Below are positions 1 to 9,602 of a DNA stretch of 64,000 bases, piece after piece; position 1 is the first letter of the stretch, and the number at the start of each line of letters is the position of its first letter. This DNA comes from Candidatus Bathyarchaeia archaeon (GTDB lineage: Archaea > Thermoproteota > Bathyarchaeia > 40CM-2-53-6). Location of the stretch: the NCBI GenBank assembly GCA_050013255.1, contig JBEKFP010000003.1:32001-96000 (forward strand), written 5' to 3'. The notes under the pieces were generated by a model, which worked only from the letters and a program-made list of their open reading frames with translations, was not told the DNA's origin and made no database searches. Position numbers and translations under genes: made by a program.

Positions 1-226
1 TCCAAATCCTGACTCTAATCGCAAGCCTCGCAACAGTATGCTTAAACGTATACAGTTACCGACATGATGAGACGTCATCCTAGAATATCCAACCTTCTTG
101 AACTGCCTTAATCCGCACTCCTCAAGACTTTACCTAACCCATGACCGCCTCTATAATTTTCGAAGAGTTTAACCTAGTCAGTTTTGGTTACGACAACTCG
201 CCATTGACCGCAGAGGCCACTGACAG

Positions 227-895
227 TTATCTTCTAACCTTACCGAATTTAATGTAAACCAATAATCCAGCAACCGCTGCCGCCAAAACAGCGGCAACAA
301 CCCAACCACTATAACTTTCGTAGAATGGTACTTCCATTACTGTTGTCATCGTAATACTCGATTCTGGATAGGCAGAAACTGATGATGATGTGTAACCTTG
401 CGTGGTGGGTTGACTTGACATTGTTGTCGAAGCGGTCGAAGTGGCCTCTATAACTGAGATGGTGAATTTAGCTGAAGCATACGCAGTTGGGGTGTTGCCA
501 GCAAACATCCATACTCCCACATTGAAGTCGTGTCTTCCCGTAGAGTTCATGCTGAAAGTGAAGCCGATGGTTTGCGTTCCTTCGCTCCAACTTCCATTAG
601 TCTCACCTTGAAAAACACAGAAAGTTCTTCCGGCAAAAGGCCAGTATGTTAAGCAGTTAGTCAGCGAACCAACAGGGGATGTATTGGTTTTTGCGTCCGC
701 AATCCACACCTGAACGGTTCCGCCGATGAAATAGTCAAGTGTCAGCCACACCGTTACCGGACTATTCAGAAGGGCTGTTGATGGGTAGGACATGTTTGTT
801 ATCTTAATTTGCGGGTTCTGTGCATGCACAGGAAGCGTCAAGCTGAGTATTCCAACGGAAAGGAGTAGAGCAAGTAAGAAGGAGGATGTTTGCAA
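227..895 (-). CDS. Secreted/cell-surface protein with C-terminal membrane anchor
   Basis: Signal peptide (VHA-Q), beta-rich domain, Ser/Thr linker, C-terminal TM helix plus basic tail. Confidence 0.75.
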   Translation of the reverse strand: MQTSSFLLALLLSVGILSLTLPVHAQNPQIKITNMSYPSTALLNSPVTVWLTLDYFIGGTVQVWIADAKTNTSPVGSLTNCLTYWPFAGRTFCVFQGETNGSWSEGTQTIGFTFSMNSTGRHDFNVGVWMFAGNTPTAYASAKFTISVIEATSTASTTMSSQPTTQGYTSSSVSAYPESSITMTTVMEVPFYESYSGWVVAAVLAAAVAGLLVYIKFGKVRR

Positions 896-1242
896 GCTAA
901 TTAACGACTCGAAACAGGTCGTCGAGAGTCATCTATTAAGACTTAGCATGACGTAAACCATAACCGGCAACTAGTAAAGAAAACGATGAAACGTTTCTTT
1001 AATGGCCGGTTTTGGTATCACTGGATTTAACCAGCCAACTATAATGCAATCGAGACTGCGAGCGTTTGGAATTAATTCTTTTCTATATGTGCTAATCATG
1101 CATTACTTGCAACCAGCGGCAATTAGCTTCATTCTTCTCTCCCTTGCCTACGATTCTACTTTCACAATTCACTGACCGTTAGACTACACTATCATGTCTG
1201 GTTATCTGTTTGCATGGTTCACGGCAAGAACCGTGAAAGAAA

Positions 1243-1389
1243 TTGAAGTGTCCGATTTGTGACCTGGAACTTCTCGGCCAAGATAACTACCTGTTGAAAC
1301 GTTGCGACCGATGCAGCTTATGGTTTGAGTTGCAAGAGGACGGCAAGCTCATTCCCCTACGAGTTGAAAATCTAGCAAAATATCTCTAG
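1243..1389 (+). CDS. 48-aa Zn-ribbon microprotein (not in ORF track)
   Basis: Manual translation MKCPICDLELLGQDNYLLKRCDRCSLWFELQEDGKLIPLRVENLAKYL; CxxC..CxxC; GTGA SD-like before TTG. Confidence 0.65.
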   Translation: MKCPICDLELLGQDNYLLKRCDRCSLWFELQEDGKLIPLRVENLAKYL

Positions 1390-1401
1390 AGCTGCTCCAA
1401 A

Positions 1402-1635
1402 ATGCACTTCGAGAACCAGTCCACTAAATGCCCCAAATGCAAGAATGACCTAACCTGGAAAAGCCACGAGAAAATCTGGACGAAGGAAAGAGAAGTTCAT
1501 CAGTTCACTTTTCGATGCAGTTCATGCAACCTAGGATATTTGTTCAAAGACGATAAAACCTTCGAGAAAATACTTATTTCGAAAGCCCCTGAACCTTTGC
1601 CAACGAAAACGCTAAGGGAGTATGCTAATGCTTAG
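1402..1635 (+). CDS. Zn-ribbon protein
   Basis: CPKC...CSSC motifs. Confidence 0.65.
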   Translation: MHFENQSTKCPKCKNDLTWKSHEKIWTKEREVHQFTFRCSSCNLGYLFKDDKTFEKILISKAPEPLPTKTLREYANA

Positions 1636-1667
1636 TCTAGTGCTCATCTTTTGAGGGAATTGGTCAA

Positions 1668-2240
1668 TTGGTCAAACCGAAGCGTAAGAATGGTAGAGGA
1701 CGTAAGACGCTCTGGTACCGGATTACAAGTAATAGAACCCTGGGCGCTTTGACTCTGATGTGCACGGTCGCTCTAGGAATCGGAAACGTGTATCTTGGCT
1801 ATCAAACAAGTCAACTTGACAATCAACTGCACAACTATCCGACCAGAGTGTTCGGATTCGCAAACGAGTGGTTAGTTCTGAACACTGGCAAGCCTCTTCC
1901 AAACGGACACGGTAATGTGACAGTAGTCATCGTCAGCCCTGACGAGGGCTATTTCTCTCTAACGCGAGCTGGTTTCTACCCTAGCGACGCTGCCTTCCTC
2001 GACCGTCGGTTATTACAAAACGACGATGTTGAACTAATGGGAACTTACGTCTTTCCCGTCAAGTCTGGGGTCACGAGCACATCTGTCAATCTAAGCGTCT
2101 TTGGACGTGCCGCCGTGAACTCTACGTTCGCCCCCATTGGACACTTAGGCACACTTGTGCTAGAAATCACATTCCATGATGTTCAGAGGGATAGAGATTA
2201 TTCGAATTCAACATCTGTGGAGGTGCTGCTTGTGGGCTGA
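1668..2240 (+). CDS. Membrane-anchored hypothetical protein
   Basis: Basic N-terminus, single TM, beta-rich ectodomain. Confidence 0.65.
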   Translation: MVKPKRKNGRGRKTLWYRITSNRTLGALTLMCTVALGIGNVYLGYQTSQLDNQLHNYPTRVFGFANEWLVLNTGKPLPNGHGNVTVVIVSPDEGYFSLTRAGFYPSDAAFLDRRLLQNDDVELMGTYVFPVKSGVTSTSVNLSVFGRAAVNSTFAPIGHLGTLVLEITFHDVQRDRDYSNSTSVEVLLVG

Positions 2241-2285
2241 TTAGGTTCTCCTTTCCACATATCGCTTGGCAATTCATTCGGAAGC

Positions 2286-3200
2286 CTACAAACATCCTCC
2301 TTCTGCAAAATGTTTTATTGCAAGTTCAAGGCACTTTTTCTCAAATTCAGCTTTCTCTTTTCCCTCAATTAACTTGTGCAGGAGTTGAGACTCATCGTTT
2401 GTAATCATACCCAACTTTGTTTCCATGAGAGTTAACAATTTAGGAAGTGAGAATCGGGGAGTGGCCGGGTCATCGTGGGGCAAACCCATGTACCAAAAGA
2501 GCATACCAGCGATTCTGTGCCTCACATCAGGGCTATCTTGCATATCGAGTCTGATAATCATCCCGAGTTGAAGTGACAAGTCAGGTGAGCGATTCAAATC
2601 AACTGAGACCATGAAATAGTCAATCAGTAGCCAAAACACCAATTGTCTGACGTATTTCCCAAAAAGATTCCATGGTTCACTTAGCAACAGACTCGCCTTC
2701 GATTCGGACACTTCACTAGTCCCGTTCAATGGCAAGTTTAGGGATTGGCGCAACTGTTTGGAGCCGTAGAGTGTTACTCCTACCGGGCCCGGCGGCGGCA
2801 TATACTCAAACAATGGGTCAAGCTCATCGCCAACTTCACGATGAGTAAAAGCCTCTAGCTGTTTGTCGATGGGCGCGCGAATGTCTCTAGGCAGGGAATC
2901 GGCAAATCTTGGCTCGATTGTGGAACGCAATAGGACGTCCTTGTAAGCGACCAAATCGTTATCATGAATCTGGGTCATTACCAGGCGTCCCTTCGGAGTA
3001 ACTCGATATTGCCCGGTAGGAGTCTTCTTGACAAGGCCAGAATGCCTAAGCTTCCTAAGAAATTCACAGAGAGAAGGGTCAGAGAGGCTTTTTTCCTTGG
3101 GCTTTCTGGCTTTTTCTTTAAGTTGAGTATAACGTAACTCTGAGTTCTCTTCCAAAGCTTCTAAGATACGTCGCATCCCTCGACTGATTTTCAACTTCAT
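2286..3200 (-). CDS. Winged-HTH transcriptional regulator (ArsR/HxlR-like N-terminus)
   Basis: ILEAL..LRYTQL..LSDPSL..LRKL..GLVKK..YRVTPKG wHTH signature. Confidence 0.75.
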   Translation of the reverse strand: MKLKISRGMRRILEALEENSELRYTQLKEKARKPKEKSLSDPSLCEFLRKLRHSGLVKKTPTGQYRVTPKGRLVMTQIHDNDLVAYKDVLLRSTIEPRFADSLPRDIRAPIDKQLEAFTHREVGDELDPLFEYMPPPGPVGVTLYGSKQLRQSLNLPLNGTSEVSESKASLLLSEPWNLFGKYVRQLVFWLLIDYFMVSVDLNRSPDLSLQLGMIIRLDMQDSPDVRHRIAGMLFWYMGLPHDDPATPRFSLPKLLTLMETKLGMITNDESQLLHKLIEGKEKAEFEKKCLELAIKHFAEGGCL

Positions 3201-3288
3201 GCTCTCAACGCAACTTGCTTAGGTTTACTTAGGTAATGGCTAAGTTAAATGGCTTCTATAATGGTATTTCTGGTAGGAGAGTAAACAT

Positions 3289-3549
3289 ATGAAGAATGAT
3301 AGGACACTGTTCTTGACTGTCAAAGCCAAAGGCCGACTAGAAGCTGTCGATAGGTTTCTGGATATTCTAGAGCAGCTTCCCAACGTAGAATTGCACGGCG
3401 ACTACAAGCGGATAAGAGCCGATGACACTAAGGGCGTGAATTACCACACTTTGGTTAACGTCCTCATCAGGGATGGGCGCTCTCCACCCTCTTCTTTGAC
3501 GATAACACGGCTGTTGCCAGAAACGAACCCGCATTATGGGAGTAGGTGA
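3289..3549 (+). CDS. Small hypothetical protein, divergent from wHTH regulator
   Basis: SD GGAG upstream; beta-alpha-beta pattern. Confidence 0.6.
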   Translation: MKNDRTLFLTVKAKGRLEAVDRFLDILEQLPNVELHGDYKRIRADDTKGVNYHTLVNVLIRDGRSPPSSLTITRLLPETNPHYGSR

Positions 3550-3560
3550 CAAAATAGATT

Positions 3561-4331
3561 ATGACGACTGAAGAAGAAGCTAGAAAATATTCTACGGACA
3601 GGGACACGGAGAAAATTCTGGAATTAGCTAAGGCTCATGGCATTTCAGCCGCTGAATTCTTCCGTAGTTATGAGGCGCTTGTTGAGCGGGGGAACATACC
3701 TGCGGATGCAGGTGCTATGCCTCAACACATCGAAGAGTCAGAGTGGAAGCAAATTATCGATGAAGTCAGAAGAACCAGTAATGAGAACTTAATGAGTGCT
3801 ATCGATGATAGTGTGCACCAAAAACAGCTTACACAGGACCTTGAACCAAGAAGCGGTCAAACGAGGGCCGTAGGTAGAGCTGCAAGTGACGGCGACCGCT
3901 ATCCGGGATTAGCTAAACAATATCCTACCGGTGTCGGTTCAGGTTATCAAGCCGAAGAACCCGGAGCAGGAGGACAGAAAGTTCCACCGGGGCAAGAGGG
4001 AGGAACTTCACCTATGCCCGATGTGGACCGAAGCACCGGTGGCAGAACCGGATGCATGTATTTCAGTTTTGAATCAGAAGAAGACTTCAACAAATGGAAG
4101 TCCATGAACTCGAACCTCCCAATTCAAAGTCAATTTTGGGACACTCGGACGCACCGCTTGGTTGCTAAAGTTTCCATTAACGACTTGGATAACGGAGTCA
4201 TCAATAATTATCAAGGCTACATGGCAGACGTGCGTACCCCAATAGGCACTGAACCTGAAGACTTTCCATCAGACAAGTATACGGGTCGGAAAGCTGCCCG
4301 AACAGCAACAGAGAAGCACTTCAAAGACTGA
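3561..4331 (+). CDS. Hypothetical protein
   Basis: 256-aa ORF with AGGTGA SD; Gly/Pro-rich linker. Confidence 0.65.
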   Translation: MTTEEEARKYSTDRDTEKILELAKAHGISAAEFFRSYEALVERGNIPADAGAMPQHIEESEWKQIIDEVRRTSNENLMSAIDDSVHQKQLTQDLEPRSGQTRAVGRAASDGDRYPGLAKQYPTGVGSGYQAEEPGAGGQKVPPGQEGGTSPMPDVDRSTGGRTGCMYFSFESEEDFNKWKSMNSNLPIQSQFWDTRTHRLVAKVSINDLDNGVINNYQGYMADVRTPIGTEPEDFPSDKYTGRKAARTATEKHFKD

Positions 4332-4355
4332 GCAAGCTAACCTAGGCCAACATAG

Positions 4356-5534
4356 TTGGCTACGCCACCCCTTCCCTATCTCTTGTTTCCTGAACTAACG
4401 GACGCTAACGAACGAATTGGAAGTGAAAGAAGAATGACATACAAAGTAGGCATGAGTAATCTGGTTACGCAATGGTTCTGTAGACGTTGCGCCAAATCTC
4501 TCTTTGCCCCAGAGATTGTCACGACTCATGATGCTATTAGCGGAGTACGAAAATGGTGTGGGGTTTGCCATGCTGAATTGGTTAAGAACAAATACTATTC
4601 AGACGAATCGAAAACGCTTAGGCATTGGCAGCCGCAGGCAGCATCCGTTCCTGAGAGGTCGGATTCTGTCCCCATACAACATGTTGACCGAGTGAAGGGA
4701 TTCAGATGGGAAGACCATGAAGGAAAGACAGTTAATCGCATGCTTAACGGACTCAGTGAACAGCAACAAAGCAGGATTAGACGGGAATTAGGAATTCCGG
4801 AAGACATGCCTTTACTGAAACATAATCCTAGAACCCATTTCCACATCCCGGACTATGAAAGCGGATACTTCGCATGGGATAGTAAGGTTCGTTCAGGTCA
4901 ACTTTGGAGGCAGGACGCCCACCGCACAGCAACTAAATTCCAAAGCACCCACACGAAAAGAGCCGTCAGCTCACCCATACCGTTACAGTTACAGGAAGAA
5001 AGCATGGTTGAATGGACCAAATTGGGCATAGAAAACCTACCTTTACTCGGAATAATGAACGTCTACCGTGATAAAGCCGGAGTTCCCCCCATTACGTCTT
5101 GTGACTGTGTGGGTGTAGATGCTTCTTTCTGTGCTTCTACGTCTTACGGGGTACCTTACGGTAATAGCCCTAACGAGTTGAACTATCCTGTTAGGGAGGA
5201 TTATGACAGTATAGAATATTGTTTGCCGCCTAAGCCTCCAAGTGAGGAATTTTTACGGTCAATCCATGAGTATGATTTGAGATTGCAATTTGAGGAAGCT
5301 GTTTTAGAAGATTATGAGTATGCGGAAGGAAGAATTTGTTCATGCCTACGTTCAAGCTCTTTGCGGGTACGGGAACTTCCTACAGGTAGTTCCTTTACTA
5401 GTGCTGGGCTCCGGACCTGTCCGTGTTCGTCGCTGGGCACGGATAAGAAGAGAAAGCGTCCGGTTCCACGGAGAAATCCAACATCATTTGGATTCGGGAC
5501 GGTCAACCTTCCCAGCACTCCAAATTACTATTGA
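4356..5534 (+). CDS. Hypothetical protein with N-terminal Zn finger
   Basis: CRRC...CGVC; Cys-rich basic C-terminus. Confidence 0.6.
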   Translation: MATPPLPYLLFPELTDANERIGSERRMTYKVGMSNLVTQWFCRRCAKSLFAPEIVTTHDAISGVRKWCGVCHAELVKNKYYSDESKTLRHWQPQAASVPERSDSVPIQHVDRVKGFRWEDHEGKTVNRMLNGLSEQQQSRIRRELGIPEDMPLLKHNPRTHFHIPDYESGYFAWDSKVRSGQLWRQDAHRTATKFQSTHTKRAVSSPIPLQLQEESMVEWTKLGIENLPLLGIMNVYRDKAGVPPITSCDCVGVDASFCASTSYGVPYGNSPNELNYPVREDYDSIEYCLPPKPPSEEFLRSIHEYDLRLQFEEAVLEDYEYAEGRICSCLRSSSLRVRELPTGSSFTSAGLRTCPCSSLGTDKKRKRPVPRRNPTSFGFGTVNLPSTPNYY

Positions 5535-5907
5535 TGGATGATTTTGATATTGTCGAATAATCGGAGACAATCAACGACGGTAGGATTTTGCTCTCTATCA
5601 TTCTATTCTAGTTGCAAGCTGTTTTTCTTTAGAGGGTTACGGCCTGCGGCTGGTTGGCCTGTCATGCTGCTTGTGGGTGAATCGTTACGTTGCTGAAGGT
5701 GTCGGTACGGCTGATTCGTTACGATTCAAGCACAACGCATCGGGCACTTGTTCATAAGGCAATTTTCGTTGCGATTCCCATTAGATGGTCACAAAGTGCA
5801 TGTTAGATGGTTTTCCCTGTTTCCTCTTTTCTTCCGTCCTCCATGCCTGCTAGTGGGGTTCATCATAACAGGTTAGTTTACTGGTTTGTAATGGGGGTGA
5901 ATTTGTT

Positions 5908-6456
5908 ATGAGTGAAAATAATAGCGCAGCTACTAGTGGTGAATGGCCTGAACTGTTAACGGCCTACATGCGGATTCAGGAACATTGCAGACGTGACCCT
6001 GAGAACTTCAAGCTAATTCGGGTTAACGTAACGTTACCGGACGGTGCCAGCAAGGAAGTGGAATTCATTGTGCCCGTTGACTATTATCCGGGTACTTCAA
6101 GTATTGACGTGGGTTTCTTTGGTCGAGCCGCAGCCGGGGCCGCATGCATGAACGAAGGCCGTTGGGACGTGTTCGCTCATGAGGTCCGAACCTACGTTCA
6201 AGTTAACAGACTTGACGATGACAATGAGGAACCATCTAAGAATTCCTCTAAATCGGTTAGTGCCTACGTTAAGCCTGCTAAACTCCTGAAGCGATTTGAG
6301 TCCAAGGCCAGTTTGAAGGGTGGTTCATATCGCATGCAACTGCCCCGGAAGCTTGTCCGATATCTACAGCTTAATCATGGCATGCCCATTAGTGAAGAGT
6401 ACAAGGTTACATTCACAGTTTACAGCAACAAAACAATCAAGGCCTCCGTTAGTTAG
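5908..6456 (+). CDS. Hypothetical protein with C-terminal AbrB/SpoVT-like DNA-binding domain
   Basis: SLKGGSYRMQLPRKLVRYLQL..VTFTV swapped-hairpin pattern; GGGGTGA SD. Confidence 0.6.
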   Translation: MSENNSAATSGEWPELLTAYMRIQEHCRRDPENFKLIRVNVTLPDGASKEVEFIVPVDYYPGTSSIDVGFFGRAAAGAACMNEGRWDVFAHEVRTYVQVNRLDDDNEEPSKNSSKSVSAYVKPAKLLKRFESKASLKGGSYRMQLPRKLVRYLQLNHGMPISEEYKVTFTVYSNKTIKASVS

Positions 6457-6530
6457 CTCGACTTTCCTAAGAAAGAGAGGGAAATGGGCGGCGATTCGCT
6501 ATTTGGTTAGCTTTCGCTACCCATCATATG

Positions 6531-7073
6531 TCATAGCGTCGTCTGCACTGTAAGTTTCTGTATTGCCCTCTTAGCTGCAGTACGTGATGTGGTTGTGAGC
6601 CACCAGTGGTAACTCCCACTTGCGATGTCGTAGATGGGCAACCCGTTGTGGCCCGCTCCGGCAAGAGCCTTAACAATTGAATTGAAAAAGTTGCGCTCCT
6701 CCATGTTCCTCTTCACATCGAGTTCACTTAGGTTCGTTCGTCCGAGTAGTGATTTTGCCTTGTCATCAGACTGTGCTAGTTCCTGGACAATTGCAGCGTC
6801 GTATAGATACTGGTCTTTCTTGTACGGAGTGCTTGGCTTTCCTGTAACCTTTCTGACTACCCAAATCGCTCTTCGGAGCGTCTGGGTAGTTCCGACTAGT
6901 CCTGCCTTTGCAAGACGCTTGAGCGTTTCTATGGCCGTCTTTGTATGTAGGTGGCTTTCATCGGCAACTAACTTAGTTGGCTTCTTACGCTTACGGTCAA
7001 AAGCTTGCAGAGAGAACAATGCCCGAACGACAGCTGAATAAGCTGCAATTGGTAACGTTTTGCTCACGCTCAT
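6531..7073 (-). CDS. Putative wHTH DNA-binding protein
   Basis: TKLVADESHLHTKTAIETLKRLAKAGLV; strong GGAGGTGA SD. Confidence 0.65.
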   Translation of the reverse strand: MSVSKTLPIAAYSAVVRALFSLQAFDRKRKKPTKLVADESHLHTKTAIETLKRLAKAGLVGTTQTLRRAIWVVRKVTGKPSTPYKKDQYLYDAAIVQELAQSDDKAKSLLGRTNLSELDVKRNMEERNFFNSIVKALAGAGHNGLPIYDIASGSYHWWLTTTSRTAAKRAIQKLTVQTTL

Positions 7074-7646
7074 ATCTCACCTCCATGATGGCCTCGGCCG
7101 GATGAAAGTCAAAGCGTTAAATAGACAGACATCATCAAAGGAAAAGATGTCAGTCCGAAGGGGAGCTCTCTTAGGGGCCGCTTAAACCACCTTCGAGAGT
7201 TCTCCTTCCACGACGCTTCTACTATCATTCGCCTAGAGTCTTAACCAATCACCTTGAAGTCCTCGCATTTCATCCTTTGCTCCTCTTAGAAAGTGGAAGC
7301 TCTTGTTAGTAGCCTTGATGCACTTTAATAGTTTTCGACAGAATTGTATAAAATATTATTCTTTATTGTGCCGAGATTCACCGCAGTTTCAAAGTTCTTT
7401 TACGAATTTCGACCAGAATTCGAGCGATGACTCGGCAGCCCATCAACGAAGTTTGATATCTTGATATACGAATTCCTTAGACGGGCTCGGTAGTTCGGTA
7501 GTCGCCACCGACAATTCTGCGAAGAAAAGCCGAAATGAAAGGTGAGTCGATATCTTCAGTTGATTGGTTTTGGTTTGAAAGCACATGCCGTGTTTTTATC
7601 GCAAAGGCGCACTAGATTGTACATTCTTTGTTGAGCGTGAAAGCGA

Positions 7647-8543
7647 TTGGCTCAGGAAGCAGTGACGATACTACAATTCTTGGCGTATCTTGCAATTGGC
7701 TTAATCTCAGTAACAATTCCTACTTACGCTATATCCATTACATATCTCGGACGAGAAACAGAAGGGACGCTAAAAGAGCTTGAACGAAGAAGAGGACGTT
7801 TTTCCGACAAGCTCGACGAGCTGAGAAACCGAATTCAACATGAAACAAGTACCACGGCCATTCAAGCGCTCAAAGAAGAGATATCACTATTCGAGAAAGA
7901 GGAGGAAAGGCTCAAGAACAGACTCTTTTTCCTTTCGGCTAAAGGAGCAGTATTCTTTCCAGTCGTATTTTACATCATGTCGCTGGGTGCGTCCTTGTAC
8001 GGAATTGTGTATGCGACTAATGAGCAGGTCTTTCCCACCTTACTCGGCGCAGCATTTTCTCTATTTGTGGGGTTAGCGCTGTTATGGGGCACTTTGCATG
8101 GGGTGGAGGAAGCTGCTCTTAGACCTGAGGATAAGTTGCTGCCAGCGTTCACGGTAACCTTCATTGACGGAACCACGACCTGCAGTTTTCCCGCCGATAC
8201 CCTTCAAATTTTTCAGATACTGGTAAGGAATAACGGCGAGGTTATGGCCAAGTGCGTAGAGGCTCTCATAGCCTTTCCTCCAGACTTTGAAGTTCCATCC
8301 GTTAGCCAACCTGAGGCCAGACTTAGCACTCAACCAGCTGATAGAGTCATTCACGGTATATCGACAAGGGGGTATGATACCCTTTGGGTAAAACTCAACG
8401 AAATCCATTCAACTATCATGAAATCAATCCCACTTTCGGATGTGAAAATTCCAGCGAGACAAGGAGCGTACAAAATACCAGTTCTCATTTTCTCAGAGCA
8501 GACAAAACCGTCAGAGCACGTATTGACAATCGAAGCAAATTGA
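7647..8543 (+). CDS. Membrane protein with coiled coil and C-terminal Ig-like domain
   Basis: TM, coiled coil, 2 TM, beta domain with VRNNG motif. Confidence 0.7.
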   Translation: MAQEAVTILQFLAYLAIGLISVTIPTYAISITYLGRETEGTLKELERRRGRFSDKLDELRNRIQHETSTTAIQALKEEISLFEKEEERLKNRLFFLSAKGAVFFPVVFYIMSLGASLYGIVYATNEQVFPTLLGAAFSLFVGLALLWGTLHGVEEAALRPEDKLLPAFTVTFIDGTTTCSFPADTLQIFQILVRNNGEVMAKCVEALIAFPPDFEVPSVSQPEARLSTQPADRVIHGISTRGYDTLWVKLNEIHSTIMKSIPLSDVKIPARQGAYKIPVLIFSEQTKPSEHVLTIEAN

Positions 8544-8627
8544 GATGGAAGTCAATGGGTGGGATTTTCAGAAAATGAATGGGCCTATGATGAGTCTCGT
8601 TACTAGATTCCCCTAAGACGCCTGACG

Positions 8628-8688
8628 TGCTACAGGTGTAGCAAATCTTAATACGCAACTCTTAACTATATTCTGCTACAGGTGTAGC
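8628..8688. promoter_or_regulatory. Two copies of palindrome TGCTACAGGTGTAGC flanking a TATA-like element
   Basis: Exact 15-bp copies at 8628-8642 and 8674-8688; 31-bp AT-rich spacer containing CTTAATA. Confidence 0.75.
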
Positions 8689-8690
8689 GA

Positions 8691-8933
8691 TTGGGGTTAG
8701 CTAACGTGGTCTATGTAGTTGACTATGATATTCCTACATCTAATCCAACTAGGCGGGTTGACTTCTACCGTAAGGTTCACAGACTTCTAGGAGAACATTA
8801 TGGCAAAGAAGTGAAATTCTCCACTCAATCATGTTACTTTACAGAGGACGAGGCATTAGCCAAAAAATTCTTAGAGTTAGCAGGTCACTATAGTAAGAGA
8901 TGTAACCTCTACAAGGCGGTGAAGATGCAATGA
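8691..8933 (+). CDS. Solo Cas2/VapD-like ferredoxin-fold protein
   Basis: YVVDYDIP, RR..F.RK, STQSCY match Cas2 YDI / RR / QxSVF motifs; 80 aa. Confidence 0.65.
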   Translation: MGLANVVYVVDYDIPTSNPTRRVDFYRKVHRLLGEHYGKEVKFSTQSCYFTEDEALAKKFLELAGHYSKRCNLYKAVKMQ

Positions 8934-9595
8934 AGAATATTGGAATTCTCTTAATCATCGTATCTCTCGCGAGTCTTGGAGGCTTGGAGTATCCTACGGT
9001 TCCTATCAATCGAACGTCCACTTCGACCCAGTATCGGTTAACAAGCCTACTGGTTCAGAGCACTGAGACAGTTGATGTAATGCAGGGTTCCGTCACGTTG
9101 AAGCTTTGCTTCCTCGCCGTGACGAACTACTTCACGGCTAATGCAGGCGACATTTTCATTATTACTTCGCCTCCACCTGGTGTGACCGTCGGAGTTCTCG
9201 ACCTGGGTGTCGGAGAAGTAATTCATGAGGCATTCCTTATGGCAAAGACGTACGACGATTATCAACTCGAATGTGGTGTAGCTTATGGACTAAGAGGGGC
9301 CGTAGTGAACAATACGTGGACGGCTACATACAGTAGCGTTTACTACCTTGTTTTCTTTCAGCCCCCTGATTCGCCGTCGATGCCTAACATCGAGTTTATT
9401 CTATCAAAAATAACGGTATCTGCGAATTCGTTGGCGACCACTCTGCCTTACAGCACTACTGTGACTAATCCCACAAAAATTCCGTATGCGACCTCAGGAA
9501 TAAGCGGCATAATGAGCTTGCTCTTGGTTGCCGCATTGTTCCTAGCAGGAGTTGGCTTGTTATTTAGAGCAAGAAAGATATCTACAAAGTTGTGA
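8930..9595 (+). CDS. Secreted/membrane protein (cargo)
   Basis: N-terminal hydrophobic segment and C-terminal TM with basic tail. Confidence 0.7.
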   Translation: MKNIGILLIIVSLASLGGLEYPTVPINRTSTSTQYRLTSLLVQSTETVDVMQGSVTLKLCFLAVTNYFTANAGDIFIITSPPPGVTVGVLDLGVGEVIHEAFLMAKTYDDYQLECGVAYGLRGAVVNNTWTATYSSVYYLVFFQPPDSPSMPNIEFILSKITVSANSLATTLPYSTTVTNPTKIPYATSGISGIMSLLLVAALFLAGVGLLFRARKISTKL

Positions 9596-9602
9596 AGATG
9601 CA

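Noticed and set aside
8628-8688. CRISPR array
   Set aside because: Only two 15-bp repeats, shorter than CRISPR repeats. The spacer looks like a promoter and no cas1 or effector genes are present in the window.
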